DNA from: Selenomonadales bacterium
GTDB taxonomy: Bacteria > Bacillota > Negativicutes > Selenomonadales > Selenomonadaceae
Assembly: GCA_900769615.1 (NCBI GenBank)
Contig: CAAGHH010000001.1
Location: 6,061 to 70,060, forward strand
Length of the DNA stretch: 64,000 nucleotides
Direction of reading: 5' to 3'
How positions within the stretch are numbered: the first letter of the stretch is position 1; each line of letters begins with the position of its first letter. The notes below the pieces were generated by a model. The model saw only the letters and a list, made by a program, of their open reading frames with translations. It did not search any database and had not been told where the DNA came from. Made by a program: the position numbers and the translations under genes. Below, piece after piece: positions 20,404 to 28,180 of the stretch.

Positions 20404-21891
20404 ATGCTAGAAAAAATTATAGAACTTACAAACGAATATATAGAGAATATGCCAAAAAAAGAACGTAAAAAATACGGACAGTTTTTTACCAGTATGGAAA
20501 CTGCCCGTTTTATGGCGGGATTATATAAGTTAGATGAGAAAACAGGCAGAGTAAGTGTGCTTGATGCAGGGGCTGGTTCAGGTATATTATCATGTGCTTT
20601 TATTGAGCGAATGGAAACAACAGATTCTATTCAGGAGATTGAGCTTACCTGCTATGAGAACGATGAAAATGTATTGCCATTGTTGAAACGTAATCTGGAA
20701 TATTGTAAAGAAGAGACAAAGAAAAAACTTACAGTTAATATCGTTGAAGATAATTATATTTTGAGCCAGTATCTGGATTTTAATCATATGTTGGGAGGAA
20801 ATGCAGAGCCTAAGAAATATGATTTTGTGATTGGAAATCCGCCGTATATGAAAATTCCGAAAGATGCGCCAGAAGCAACAGCGATGCCAGAGGTATGTTA
20901 TGGTGCACCAAATTTATATTTCATTTTTGCGTCTATGGGATTATTTAATTTATGTGAAAGTGGAGAGCTGGTTTACATCATTCCGAGGTCATGGACATCA
21001 GGGGCGTATTTTAAACGTTTCCGGGAATATTTTCTGACAGAAGGGAAATTGGAACATATTCACCTTTTTGTCAGCAGAAATAAGGTTTTCGACAAAGAAA
21101 GTGTGTTACAGGAAACAATTATTATTAAAGTAAGGAAGACGAGCGAAAAGCCAGAAACCGTTACGATTACATCATCGAAATCAAATAGTGATTTTGGAGA
21201 GCTGACATCATTGACAGTTCCGTATGATCTGGTTGTTGCGGGATCAGACTACTATGTTTATCTTGTAACAGATAAAAATGAAGTGGAAGTATTAAAGAAA
21301 TTGCATAAATTTGATAAGACACTTCCAGCAATTGGTGTAAAAATGAAAACGGGATTGACCGTAGACTTCCGTAATCGTGAGATTTTGAGGGATGAAGCGG
21401 AAGAAGGGGCGATACCTTTATTTTATTCGCAACATATAAAGCAAGGAAAGGTAGAATTTCCAATCCAGAAAGAACATGAATATGTGGTGACAGAACAAAA
21501 GGGATTAATGCAAGAGAACAAAAATTATCTATTTGTAAAGCGATTTACGGCAAAGGAAGAACCTCGAAGATTACAGTGTGGCGTGTACCTAGCAAAAAGA
21601 TTTACACAATATAAAAAGATAAGTACGCAGAACAAAATTAATTTTGTAGATGGTGTATTAACGGAAATGTCGGAATGTCTGGTGTATGGGTTGTATGTAT
21701 TGTTTAATTCAACACTTTATGACGAATATTATCGCATTTTGAATGGATCTACGCAGGTTAATTCAACAGAGATCAATGCAATGCCGGTGCCAGATTTAGA
21801 GGATATTCAGGAAATGGGAAGAAAAGTGCTTAAAAGTAAGGATTATTCAGAGGAAAATTGCAATTTGATATTGGAGGGATACTGTGGATAA
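20404..21891 (+). CDS. Type II N6-adenine DNA methyltransferase (gamma class, Eco57I/PstI-like)
   Basis: Carries GQFFTS (motif X), VLDAGAGSGILS (motif I, AdoMet) and FVIGNPPYMK (motif IV) in gamma order. At 495 aa it matches M.PstI/M.BsuBI in size. Confidence 0.85.
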   Translation: MLEKIIELTNEYIENMPKKERKKYGQFFTSMETARFMAGLYKLDEKTGRVSVLDAGAGSGILSCAFIERMETTDSIQEIELTCYENDENVLPLLKRNLEYCKEETKKKLTVNIVEDNYILSQYLDFNHMLGGNAEPKKYDFVIGNPPYMKIPKDAPEATAMPEVCYGAPNLYFIFASMGLFNLCESGELVYIIPRSWTSGAYFKRFREYFLTEGKLEHIHLFVSRNKVFDKESVLQETIIIKVRKTSEKPETVTITSSKSNSDFGELTSLTVPYDLVVAGSDYYVYLVTDKNEVEVLKKLHKFDKTLPAIGVKMKTGLTVDFRNREILRDEAEEGAIPLFYSQHIKQGKVEFPIQKEHEYVVTEQKGLMQENKNYLFVKRFTAKEEPRRLQCGVYLAKRFTQYKKISTQNKINFVDGVLTEMSECLVYGLYVLFNSTLYDEYYRILNGSTQVNSTEINAMPVPDLEDIQEMGRKVLKSKDYSEENCNLILEGYCG

Positions 21892-22804
21892 GAAAATAGA
21901 AGAAACAAGAGAATTTCTGCAAACAATAGGCATGCCCAAAGCACAGCAAGCGGATATATGCTGCTATGTGATACTGGCTATGGCAGGAATAAAGCCGGAT
22001 ATGTCATGGAGTGAAGCAACAAATGAATGGATTCGTATTCATGATATTATTCAGTTTGTTAATACATTCTATGGCATGAGTTATGCGGAAAATAGTAGAG
22101 AAACATTTAGAAAGCAGGCTTTGCATAGATTTCGCACCGCAGCTTTGGTAGAGGATAATGGAAAAGCAACAAACAGCCCGAACTATAGATACCGCCTTAC
22201 GGAAGAAACGCTGAAAATATTGAAAACATTGCAATCTGTAGATTGGCAGAAATCGTTGAATCGTTTCCTTATGTATCATGATAAGTTGATTGATATTTAT
22301 GCTTCTAAAAAGAAGATGACGATGATGCCAGTGAAGATTAATGGGGCGGATTTTAAATTTTCAGCAGGGAAACACAATGAACTGCAAAAAGCAATTATTG
22401 AGGAATTTGCACCGAGATTTGCACCCAATTCGGAATGTCTGTATGTAGGCGATACCACAGAGAAAGATTTGGTAAAGAATGTTGATAAGCTAATGGAGTT
22501 GGGGTTTGAAATTACTCTACATGATAAGATGCCGGATGTTGTTTTGTATAGAGCAGACAAGAACTGGATTTATTTTGTGGAATCGGTCACTTCTGTAGGA
22601 CCGATGGACCCGAAACGGATTTTTGAGATTACAGAAATGACAAAGGGTGTTACGGCAGGTAAAATTTTTGTTACTGCTTTTCTGGATTTCAAGACGTATA
22701 AGAAATTTTCGGAAACATTGGCATGGGAAACGGAAGTATGGATTGCTGAAATGCCGGAGCATATGATACACTTAAATGGAAATAAATTTATGGGACCGAG
22801 ATAG
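21884..22804 (+). CDS. Putative cognate restriction endonuclease (BsuBI/PstI-like size and context)
   Basis: 306 aa with a GTG start that overlaps the MTase 3' end by 8 nt. The assignment rests on position and size, with no motif-level match. Confidence 0.5.
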   Translation: MDKKIEETREFLQTIGMPKAQQADICCYVILAMAGIKPDMSWSEATNEWIRIHDIIQFVNTFYGMSYAENSRETFRKQALHRFRTAALVEDNGKATNSPNYRYRLTEETLKILKTLQSVDWQKSLNRFLMYHDKLIDIYASKKKMTMMPVKINGADFKFSAGKHNELQKAIIEEFAPRFAPNSECLYVGDTTEKDLVKNVDKLMELGFEITLHDKMPDVVLYRADKNWIYFVESVTSVGPMDPKRIFEITEMTKGVTAGKIFVTAFLDFKTYKKFSETLAWETEVWIAEMPEHMIHLNGNKFMGPR

Positions 22805-22818
22805 AAAGGGGAATTGAA

Positions 22819-23244
22819 ATGGCAAAACCTAAGATTTTTGTATCTTTTGATTTTGAAAATGACAGAAATTATAAGTACACTTTGAATATATGGAACGCAA
22901 ATTCGAGTTTTGAATTTACATGCAATGATAAGTCGCCGAGTGAAATTCAAAGTTGGAATATACCAACGGTTAAGAGCGTTCTGTCAAGAAAAATCAATGA
23001 AGCAACACATGTTGTCGTAATTGTGGGAAAGGAAGCGAACAAAGTACATAAAGACAGGGCGCTTATTGGTTATCGGAACTGGCAGAATTTCGAGATTGCC
23101 AAGGCCAAAGAATTAAGGAAACATATAATTGCAGTACAATTAAACTCTTCATATGAGTACCCAGAGGAACTTAAAAATTGTGGTGCAACACGAGTTTACA
23201 GTTTCAACCATTATGATATTGTGAGGGCAGTAAGAGGGTGGTAA
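22819..23244 (+). CDS. TIR-like (DUF1863/ThsB-like) small protein, paralog 1
   Basis: 141 aa with N-terminal KIFVSFDFENDR, the beta-strand VVVIVGK and the conserved block IGYRNWQNFEIAKA (Glu92). The flavodoxin-like pattern is typical of bacterial TIR-like domains. Confidence 0.55.
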   Translation: MAKPKIFVSFDFENDRNYKYTLNIWNANSSFEFTCNDKSPSEIQSWNIPTVKSVLSRKINEATHVVVIVGKEANKVHKDRALIGYRNWQNFEIAKAKELRKHIIAVQLNSSYEYPEELKNCGATRVYSFNHYDIVRAVRGW

Positions 23245-23245
23245 T

Positions 23246-23905
23246 ATGGATGCGCTTGAAATGCTGTATGACCATTATAAAGAAACTTTTAGCTTGAGCA
23301 AAGAAGCGCAAGTAAGAAGAAATAAAAGTTTTATTGTCCTTTGTATATTAGAAGCATTTTCATTTCTGCTTTTAATTAGACCGGAAAAAGCATTTGAACT
23401 TATTCTCGAAGGAATACATAAAGAGTTGGACATGACTTTACAGTTGAGCAATACGATTATTCAAACATTGCTTTGGTTATTGATTGTATACGTTATGATA
23501 CGGTATATTCAAGATATGTTATATGTTGAACGTCAATACGCATATTTGGATAGTCTTGAAAAAGAAATATCTAATTTAGGTTCGGTAAATATATTTGCAC
23601 GTGAAGGAGCGAATTATCAAAAAGATTATCCTATGGTGTTAAATTTTATTGATTTGTTTTATAAAATGTTGATGCCGATATTTTTTGCATTGATTAATAT
23701 GGTGCGAATTTATGAGGAATGGATTTTATCGGATAAAATTACTATAGCAATTATTTGTGATACGATCCTATTTTTGTCGATATTTATTATTGATTGGTTT
23801 TATTTTTTTGAGATACATGCTAAGATTACAAAATTTTGCAAAAGACATATACCATTTATAGACACGATTGCAAAAAGATTAAGAAAAATACTCAAGGAGG
23901 TTTAA
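23246..23905 (+). CDS. Four-TM membrane protein with no recognizable soluble domain; candidate effector
   Basis: Hydrophobic helices at about aa 29-45, 71-88, 140-156 and 168-190. The start lies 1 nt after the TIR1 stop, and the stop lies 2 nt before the TIR2 start. Confidence 0.6.
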   Translation: MDALEMLYDHYKETFSLSKEAQVRRNKSFIVLCILEAFSFLLLIRPEKAFELILEGIHKELDMTLQLSNTIIQTLLWLLIVYVMIRYIQDMLYVERQYAYLDSLEKEISNLGSVNIFAREGANYQKDYPMVLNFIDLFYKMLMPIFFALINMVRIYEEWILSDKITIAIICDTILFLSIFIIDWFYFFEIHAKITKFCKRHIPFIDTIAKRLRKILKEV

Positions 23906-23907
23906 CA

Positions 23908-24339
23908 ATGGCAAAGAAAAAGGTTTGTTGTTCGTTTGACTACGAACATGATCGACATTATTATAATTTGTTGGAGGCATGGAATAAAAACAAAGACATA
24001 GATTTTTCAATCAAGGATTGTACGCCGAGTGAAATACAAAGCGAGTCGGTTGCGACCATTAAACAAGTTTTAAGCACAAAGATAGGGGATGCTAATTATA
24101 TGATTGCCATAATTGGAAAACATTCTGATGATACGCATCCAGATAGTGCGGAAATTGGATATAAGAATTGGCAAGCATATGAGATAGCTAAAAATCATGA
24201 AAAAGGAAATGGGTTAGTAGTAGTCAAATTGGATAATTCATATAGTGCGCCAGTTGAAGCATACGGTATTGGTGCAAAATGGGTGTATTCATTTAATCTG
24301 GAAGATATTTTATCGGCTTTAAATGAATTAGCAAAGTAA
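23908..24339 (+). CDS. TIR-like (DUF1863/ThsB-like) small protein, paralog 2
   Basis: Starts at ATG 23908 after AAGGAGG. It carries KVCCSFDYEHDR, MIAIIGK and IGYKNWQAYEIAKN, paralogous to 22819-23244. Confidence 0.55.
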   Translation: MAKKKVCCSFDYEHDRHYYNLLEAWNKNKDIDFSIKDCTPSEIQSESVATIKQVLSTKIGDANYMIAIIGKHSDDTHPDSAEIGYKNWQAYEIAKNHEKGNGLVVVKLDNSYSAPVEAYGIGAKWVYSFNLEDILSALNELAK

Positions 24340-24474
24340 ATTTTTTATTGGCGTGGCAACATTTCGGCAACAGAAAATCAGTAAGCCAGAATAATTGATG
24401 TAATTGAAGTAAAAAGCGGCGTGTATTTGCATATAAATTAAACAAATATAGTTAATAACAACAAAGGACACGTC

Positions 24475-24486
24475 GAGTTTGAGTAG
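24475..24486 (+). repeat. Right copy of the direct repeat (GAGTTTGAGTAG); displaced guaA 3' remnant and candidate attR core
   Basis: Read in frame it gives ..HVEFE*, which mimics the guaA C-terminus IEFE*. It is followed at once by a terminator. Confidence 0.45.
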
Positions 24487-24496
24487 AAGCTAAAAG

Positions 24497-24538
24497 TCTC
24501 TGAATCAGCTAAACAAGCTGATTCAGAGGCTTTTTTTG
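24497..24538 (+). terminator. Rho-independent terminator, probably the original guaA terminator
   Basis: A 12-bp stem (tctctgaatcagc / gctgattcagagg) with a T7 run. Confidence 0.7.
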
Positions 24539-24648
24539 CTTTGTTACTAATTGCAGTTATTTAGTTTCATATTATGATATCCAGATAAAATTTTTTGAAT
24601 ATATTGATTTGATATGAGGTAGTAACCAAAGCTGTCAGAAGAGCTTTC

Positions 24649-24676
24649 TTGACAAATCGAAAAATCACCTTATAAT
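24649..24676 (+). promoter_or_regulatory. Sigma-A-like promoter TTGACA-16-TATAAT for the marR-hlyD-ABC2 operon
   Basis: TTGACA lies at 24649-24654 and TATAAT at 24671-24676. The -10 element lies inside the left arm of the palindrome. Confidence 0.55.
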
Positions 24677-24716
24677 AGATAGTTAGAAAACTAACTATCT
24701 ATTATAAGGTGATTTT
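24661..24716. promoter_or_regulatory. Perfect 56-bp palindrome of two 26-bp arms and a 4-bp spacer; putative MarR operator and/or RBS-sequestering hairpin
   Basis: The sequence aaaatcaccttataatagatagttag aaaa ctaactatctattataaggtgatttt ends 1 nt before the marR ATG 24718 and contains the RBS aaggtg. Confidence 0.6.
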
Positions 24717-24717
24717 T

Positions 24718-25203
24718 ATGAAAAAAGAAATGATTCCAACTAGAGAAGAATTAGAACGGCATAAAGAGATCATTCCGGAAATTAATCCATCGGCAGTTAT
24801 TGCTATGCTGGGTATTAAAGCTGTAGAAGAAGAAATACAGCATTCGATTCTTGATGTTTTGTTGAAACAATATCATTTATCAGAAGGAAAATTCTGCGCG
24901 TTGATTGTGCTGCATCAGCATCGTCATGATGGAGTAGCACCTTCAATATTAGCAGAAAAAGTAGGTGTCAGTCGTGCTACGATTAGTAATATGCTGCAAC
25001 GAATGGAACGAGAAGAATTGATCGTCATAAAGCCTAATGAAAAGGATGAGCGTGGTAAGATTGCCATACTTTCACCAAAAGGAAGGTCATTTATGGAAAA
25101 AATTTTGCCACCGCATTATCTTCGCGTTACCAAGCTTATGGCGAAGCTGACCGAAGAAGAACAGAAGGAATTGATTCGTATTCTAAATAAAATGGCCATA
25201 TAA
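24718..25203 (+). CDS. MarR-family transcriptional regulator
   Basis: Winged-HTH region (LAEKVGVSRATISNMLQRMEREELI..DERGK). The start is taken at ATG 24718, where the track gives 24709. Confidence 0.75.
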   Translation: MKKEMIPTREELERHKEIIPEINPSAVIAMLGIKAVEEEIQHSILDVLLKQYHLSEGKFCALIVLHQHRHDGVAPSILAEKVGVSRATISNMLQRMEREELIVIKPNEKDERGKIAILSPKGRSFMEKILPPHYLRVTKLMAKLTEEEQKELIRILNKMAI

Positions 25204-25226
25204 ATAGAGAAAGAGAGGATTTAGAA

Positions 25227-26321
25227 ATGAATGTAAGACAAAAAGCAACACGGGCTGGAATCGTTTTTATAACCTTGTTGTTGCTTGGTGGATTAATTCT
25301 TATGTATAAGGGAAACGATGCTTTGGTATTGGCTACAGAGAAAAAAGAGGGCATATTGACGGCAGAGCAGATCAAGATGTCGTTTGATTCGGTCAGTGGA
25401 CGCTTAATAAAGGAGCATGTCAAGGATGGTGATTTTGTTAAAAAAGGTGATATCATTATGGAACTTGATGCTACTGATACCGATCTTTCCATTAAGAAAC
25501 TGAAAGCACAAATTGCGCAGTTAGATGCACAGATACGCTCTGCTAGTGGAACTCAAGGTATTAGCTATCAGAAGGCTGATAATGATGCAGCCCAGAGCAG
25601 TCGCCAGCTGTCTCAACAGCAGGCAGCTGTTTCAGCCGCCAATGCAACCCTAAAGAACGCAAGGATTGACTACAACCGTAAAGTAGATCTTTTCAATGTT
25701 GGTGCTATTGCCCAGAGTCAGCTAGATGATGCAGAAATGACACTTAATGTAGCAGAATCTAATTTAGATCAGCAAAATCAGCTTTTGCAGAAATTACAGA
25801 CTGCATATAATGGCAGTGCTAGTGATACCATCGGTCAGGCTCGTCAGGCAGCAGCTAATATGAGTAATGATATTGATTCGCTTACTAATCAGAGACAGGC
25901 TTTGGAGATTCAGCTAAATGAGCTGCAGGTTACCAAGGAACGTCTTACACTTCGTGCACCGGAGGATGGCAAAGTTTTGAAAGTTTTGGCTAAAGAGGGT
26001 GAAATGATTTCGTCATCGACGCCGGTAGTTCTTTTAGAAAGCAGTCACAGTTATTTCGATATTTATATTAGTGAAGAGCAGGCTGCAAATCTTAGTGAAG
26101 GACAGGTAATTGCTGGGCATACTGTAGCTGGTGATCACAAGGTAACTGGAACCATACGCTTGCTGACACAGGCACCTGGTTTTGCTGATCTCAAGCAGAC
26201 TCGCGAGAAAGGGCAGTCTGACCTTTCAGCATTTCAGGTTCGCATATATGTTGACCCGCAGGATGGTATAATCCCGGGCATGACCATTGGGGTGAAAGAT
26301 AGTGAATTCCTTAAAAGATGA
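25227..26321 (+). CDS. HlyD-family membrane-fusion/periplasmic adaptor protein
   Basis: N-terminal TM segment, a biotinyl/lipoyl-like hairpin (GDFVKKGDIIMELD), a long Q/A-rich coiled coil and a C-terminal beta domain. Confidence 0.7.
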   Translation: MNVRQKATRAGIVFITLLLLGGLILMYKGNDALVLATEKKEGILTAEQIKMSFDSVSGRLIKEHVKDGDFVKKGDIIMELDATDTDLSIKKLKAQIAQLDAQIRSASGTQGISYQKADNDAAQSSRQLSQQQAAVSAANATLKNARIDYNRKVDLFNVGAIAQSQLDDAEMTLNVAESNLDQQNQLLQKLQTAYNGSASDTIGQARQAAANMSNDIDSLTNQRQALEIQLNELQVTKERLTLRAPEDGKVLKVLAKEGEMISSSTPVVLLESSHSYFDIYISEEQAANLSEGQVIAGHTVAGDHKVTGTIRLLTQAPGFADLKQTREKGQSDLSAFQVRIYVDPQDGIIPGMTIGVKDSEFLKR

Positions 26322-26349
26322 AGTAAAATTCCTGTTTTCAGGAGTTGGT

Positions 26350-27486
26350 ATGCCCTATGAAAAGGTAAGCATAATGGTTGCCATGGTTATAACCATGTTT
26401 CTTTCGATATTATTGAATGGTAATTTTGCTAAAGAGGCTAAGGTAGTTATTATTGATCTTGATAACTCTGCTTATACGAGAGAACTTACCAATCGTATCG
26501 AGGCATCAGAATATATGAAAGTTACGGCAGTAGTTAATACAGCTATTGATCCTAAAGCTTTGTTTTATCAGGACCAGGCTGTGGCAGTAGTATATTTTCC
26601 TCAGGGATTAGAGAAGGATCGCTACACTAATGTGGCGACTAATATCGGTGTATTCTATGACAATACAAACACGGCTCAACACAGCAATATTAAAGAGGCA
26701 CTCAATGAAATCGTAAGTCTCGATAATGCGGCGGCGCAGGGAGATATCGGCAGCGGTAATGACAGGCTTTCAGGGCAAGTATCGTTGGCATCACGCAATC
26801 TGTTTAATCCGCATGATTCCAAGGATAATGGTGAGACTTTAGGTTTCCTATTCTTTTTTGGTTCTATGTTCTTTACTTTTGCTACTATTGGCATGATTCC
26901 ACGGTTGAGGTTGACTAACCAGCTTGATGAAATTCTGCTCAACGGAACGCCTTGGCATTTGGTCATACGATTGTTTCCGTATGGTGCTTGCCTGCTGGTA
27001 TCATGGGTGCTTGGACTAGCGGTATTGCGTGTTTGGGGAGATTTGATTATATCGGGAAGTCTATTGTCATTTTTGTTTATCCAATTGTTTTATGTCATTA
27101 CAACCGGTACATTAAGCCTTTTATTTGGCTGGACCGCGGCTAATCCTGGCATAGCTTCGAGTCGTATGATTTTATTTATACCAGGAGGTTTTATCTTGGG
27201 AGGGATGACGGGACCAACTACTTTTTTTGCACCGTGGGTAGTTGGTTTCAGTCATGTTTTTCCTCTTACTTGGGAATTTCATTTTCAGCGTGATATTCTA
27301 GCGCGTGGCGCAGGATTAGTGGATATTCCTCAGCTGCTAGGAGGGTTTATGGTATATATGGGGATTGTAGCTATTTTGTTATGCATTCGTTTTTATACGG
27401 CACGCAAAGCTATGCTTAAAAATGTAGCGCAGGAAAAACAGGCGAAAAAACAACTGAAGCAGCTTGCTGTTAAGACAGTGGAATAA
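26350..27486 (+). CDS. ABC-2 family transporter permease (YhhJ/YbhR-like)
   Basis: N-terminal TM segment, a large extracytoplasmic domain and then five TM segments. The start is probably ATG 26350 after GGAG, where the track gives 26302. No ATPase gene is adjacent. Confidence 0.65.
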   Translation: MPYEKVSIMVAMVITMFLSILLNGNFAKEAKVVIIDLDNSAYTRELTNRIEASEYMKVTAVVNTAIDPKALFYQDQAVAVVYFPQGLEKDRYTNVATNIGVFYDNTNTAQHSNIKEALNEIVSLDNAAAQGDIGSGNDRLSGQVSLASRNLFNPHDSKDNGETLGFLFFFGSMFFTFATIGMIPRLRLTNQLDEILLNGTPWHLVIRLFPYGACLLVSWVLGLAVLRVWGDLIISGSLLSFLFIQLFYVITTGTLSLLFGWTAANPGIASSRMILFIPGGFILGGMTGPTTFFAPWVVGFSHVFPLTWEFHFQRDILARGAGLVDIPQLLGGFMVYMGIVAILLCIRFYTARKAMLKNVAQEKQAKKQLKQLAVKTVE

Positions 27487-27497
27487 GGAGAATTCAT

Positions 27498-28010
27498 ATG
27501 ATTAGAAATGATTTGATCCGCGAGATTCAATCCCGTCCTAAAAATGAGATTAGTTGTAATCGTATATTGGTGGCAATTGATGGCTCACAACAAGCATTCA
27601 AGGCAGTTAATGAGGCAATTCAGTTGTCAGTTATAACCAATGCGGAACTTACAATTCTAATGGTAGTAGATTATGATAAGAACGTTTCTGCTTTTGAACA
27701 GGTGACGCTCAGTGGCTATGTGCCTGCTGAATTAAAGGTTGCTGCATATAAGTTTTTGGCCGAGCTTATGCATGTGATCCCATCGGAAATCAAAGCGCAT
27801 ACACGTGTTGAAACAGGCCATCCAGGCGAGATAATCCTTGCTGTGGCTGAAGAGGAAGCAAGTGATTTGATTATTATGGGAACCAGAGGCTTGGGGGCGG
27901 TTCACAGTCTGCTGGCAGGAAGTGTATCAAATCATGTTGTGCAGTATGCTAAATGTCCGGTGCTGCTTTGTAAGGGGATTACCAATGATTTTGAGAACGT
28001 GGAAATTTAG
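27498..28010 (+). CDS. Universal stress protein (UspA family)
   Basis: ILVAIDGSQQA ... IIMGTRGLGAVHSLLAGSVSNHVVQYAKCPVLL matches the USP fold. Confidence 0.8.
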   Translation: MIRNDLIREIQSRPKNEISCNRILVAIDGSQQAFKAVNEAIQLSVITNAELTILMVVDYDKNVSAFEQVTLSGYVPAELKVAAYKFLAELMHVIPSEIKAHTRVETGHPGEIILAVAEEEASDLIIMGTRGLGAVHSLLAGSVSNHVVQYAKCPVLLCKGITNDFENVEI

Positions 28011-28180
28011 TAAAATTGTATTGGATTTAGTATGCAGTTGCATAAAATAATAATTGTCGAAAACTTGATTTAGGCGAGCTTTCGACTTTTTATTTTGTTT
28101 TTCAGAATAATGTGGTATTCTATAACTGTTGCCTAATTTTAGGTTTTTGTTGGATTGATATAGAACAGAGGATGGCATTT

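Larger units (their letters stand above)
17053..24486 (+). mobile_element. Decayed integrative/mobilizable element (defense island) inserted at the guaA 3' end
   Basis: The region is AT-richer than its flanks. It contains an XRE regulator, relaxase-like fragments, tnpV, an EcsC-like gene, an RM system and a TIR/TM/TIR trio. It is bounded by the direct repeat and by a displaced guaA 3' remnant with terminator. No integrase gene is present. Confidence 0.55.

Noticed and set aside
23246-23905. The middle 4-TM protein as a ThsA Macro-TM homolog
   Set aside because: At 219 aa it is too short to hold a Macro or SIR2 domain, and only a ~60-aa soluble loop lies between TM2 and TM3. It is therefore reported as a novel minimal effector rather than forced into a known ThsA type.
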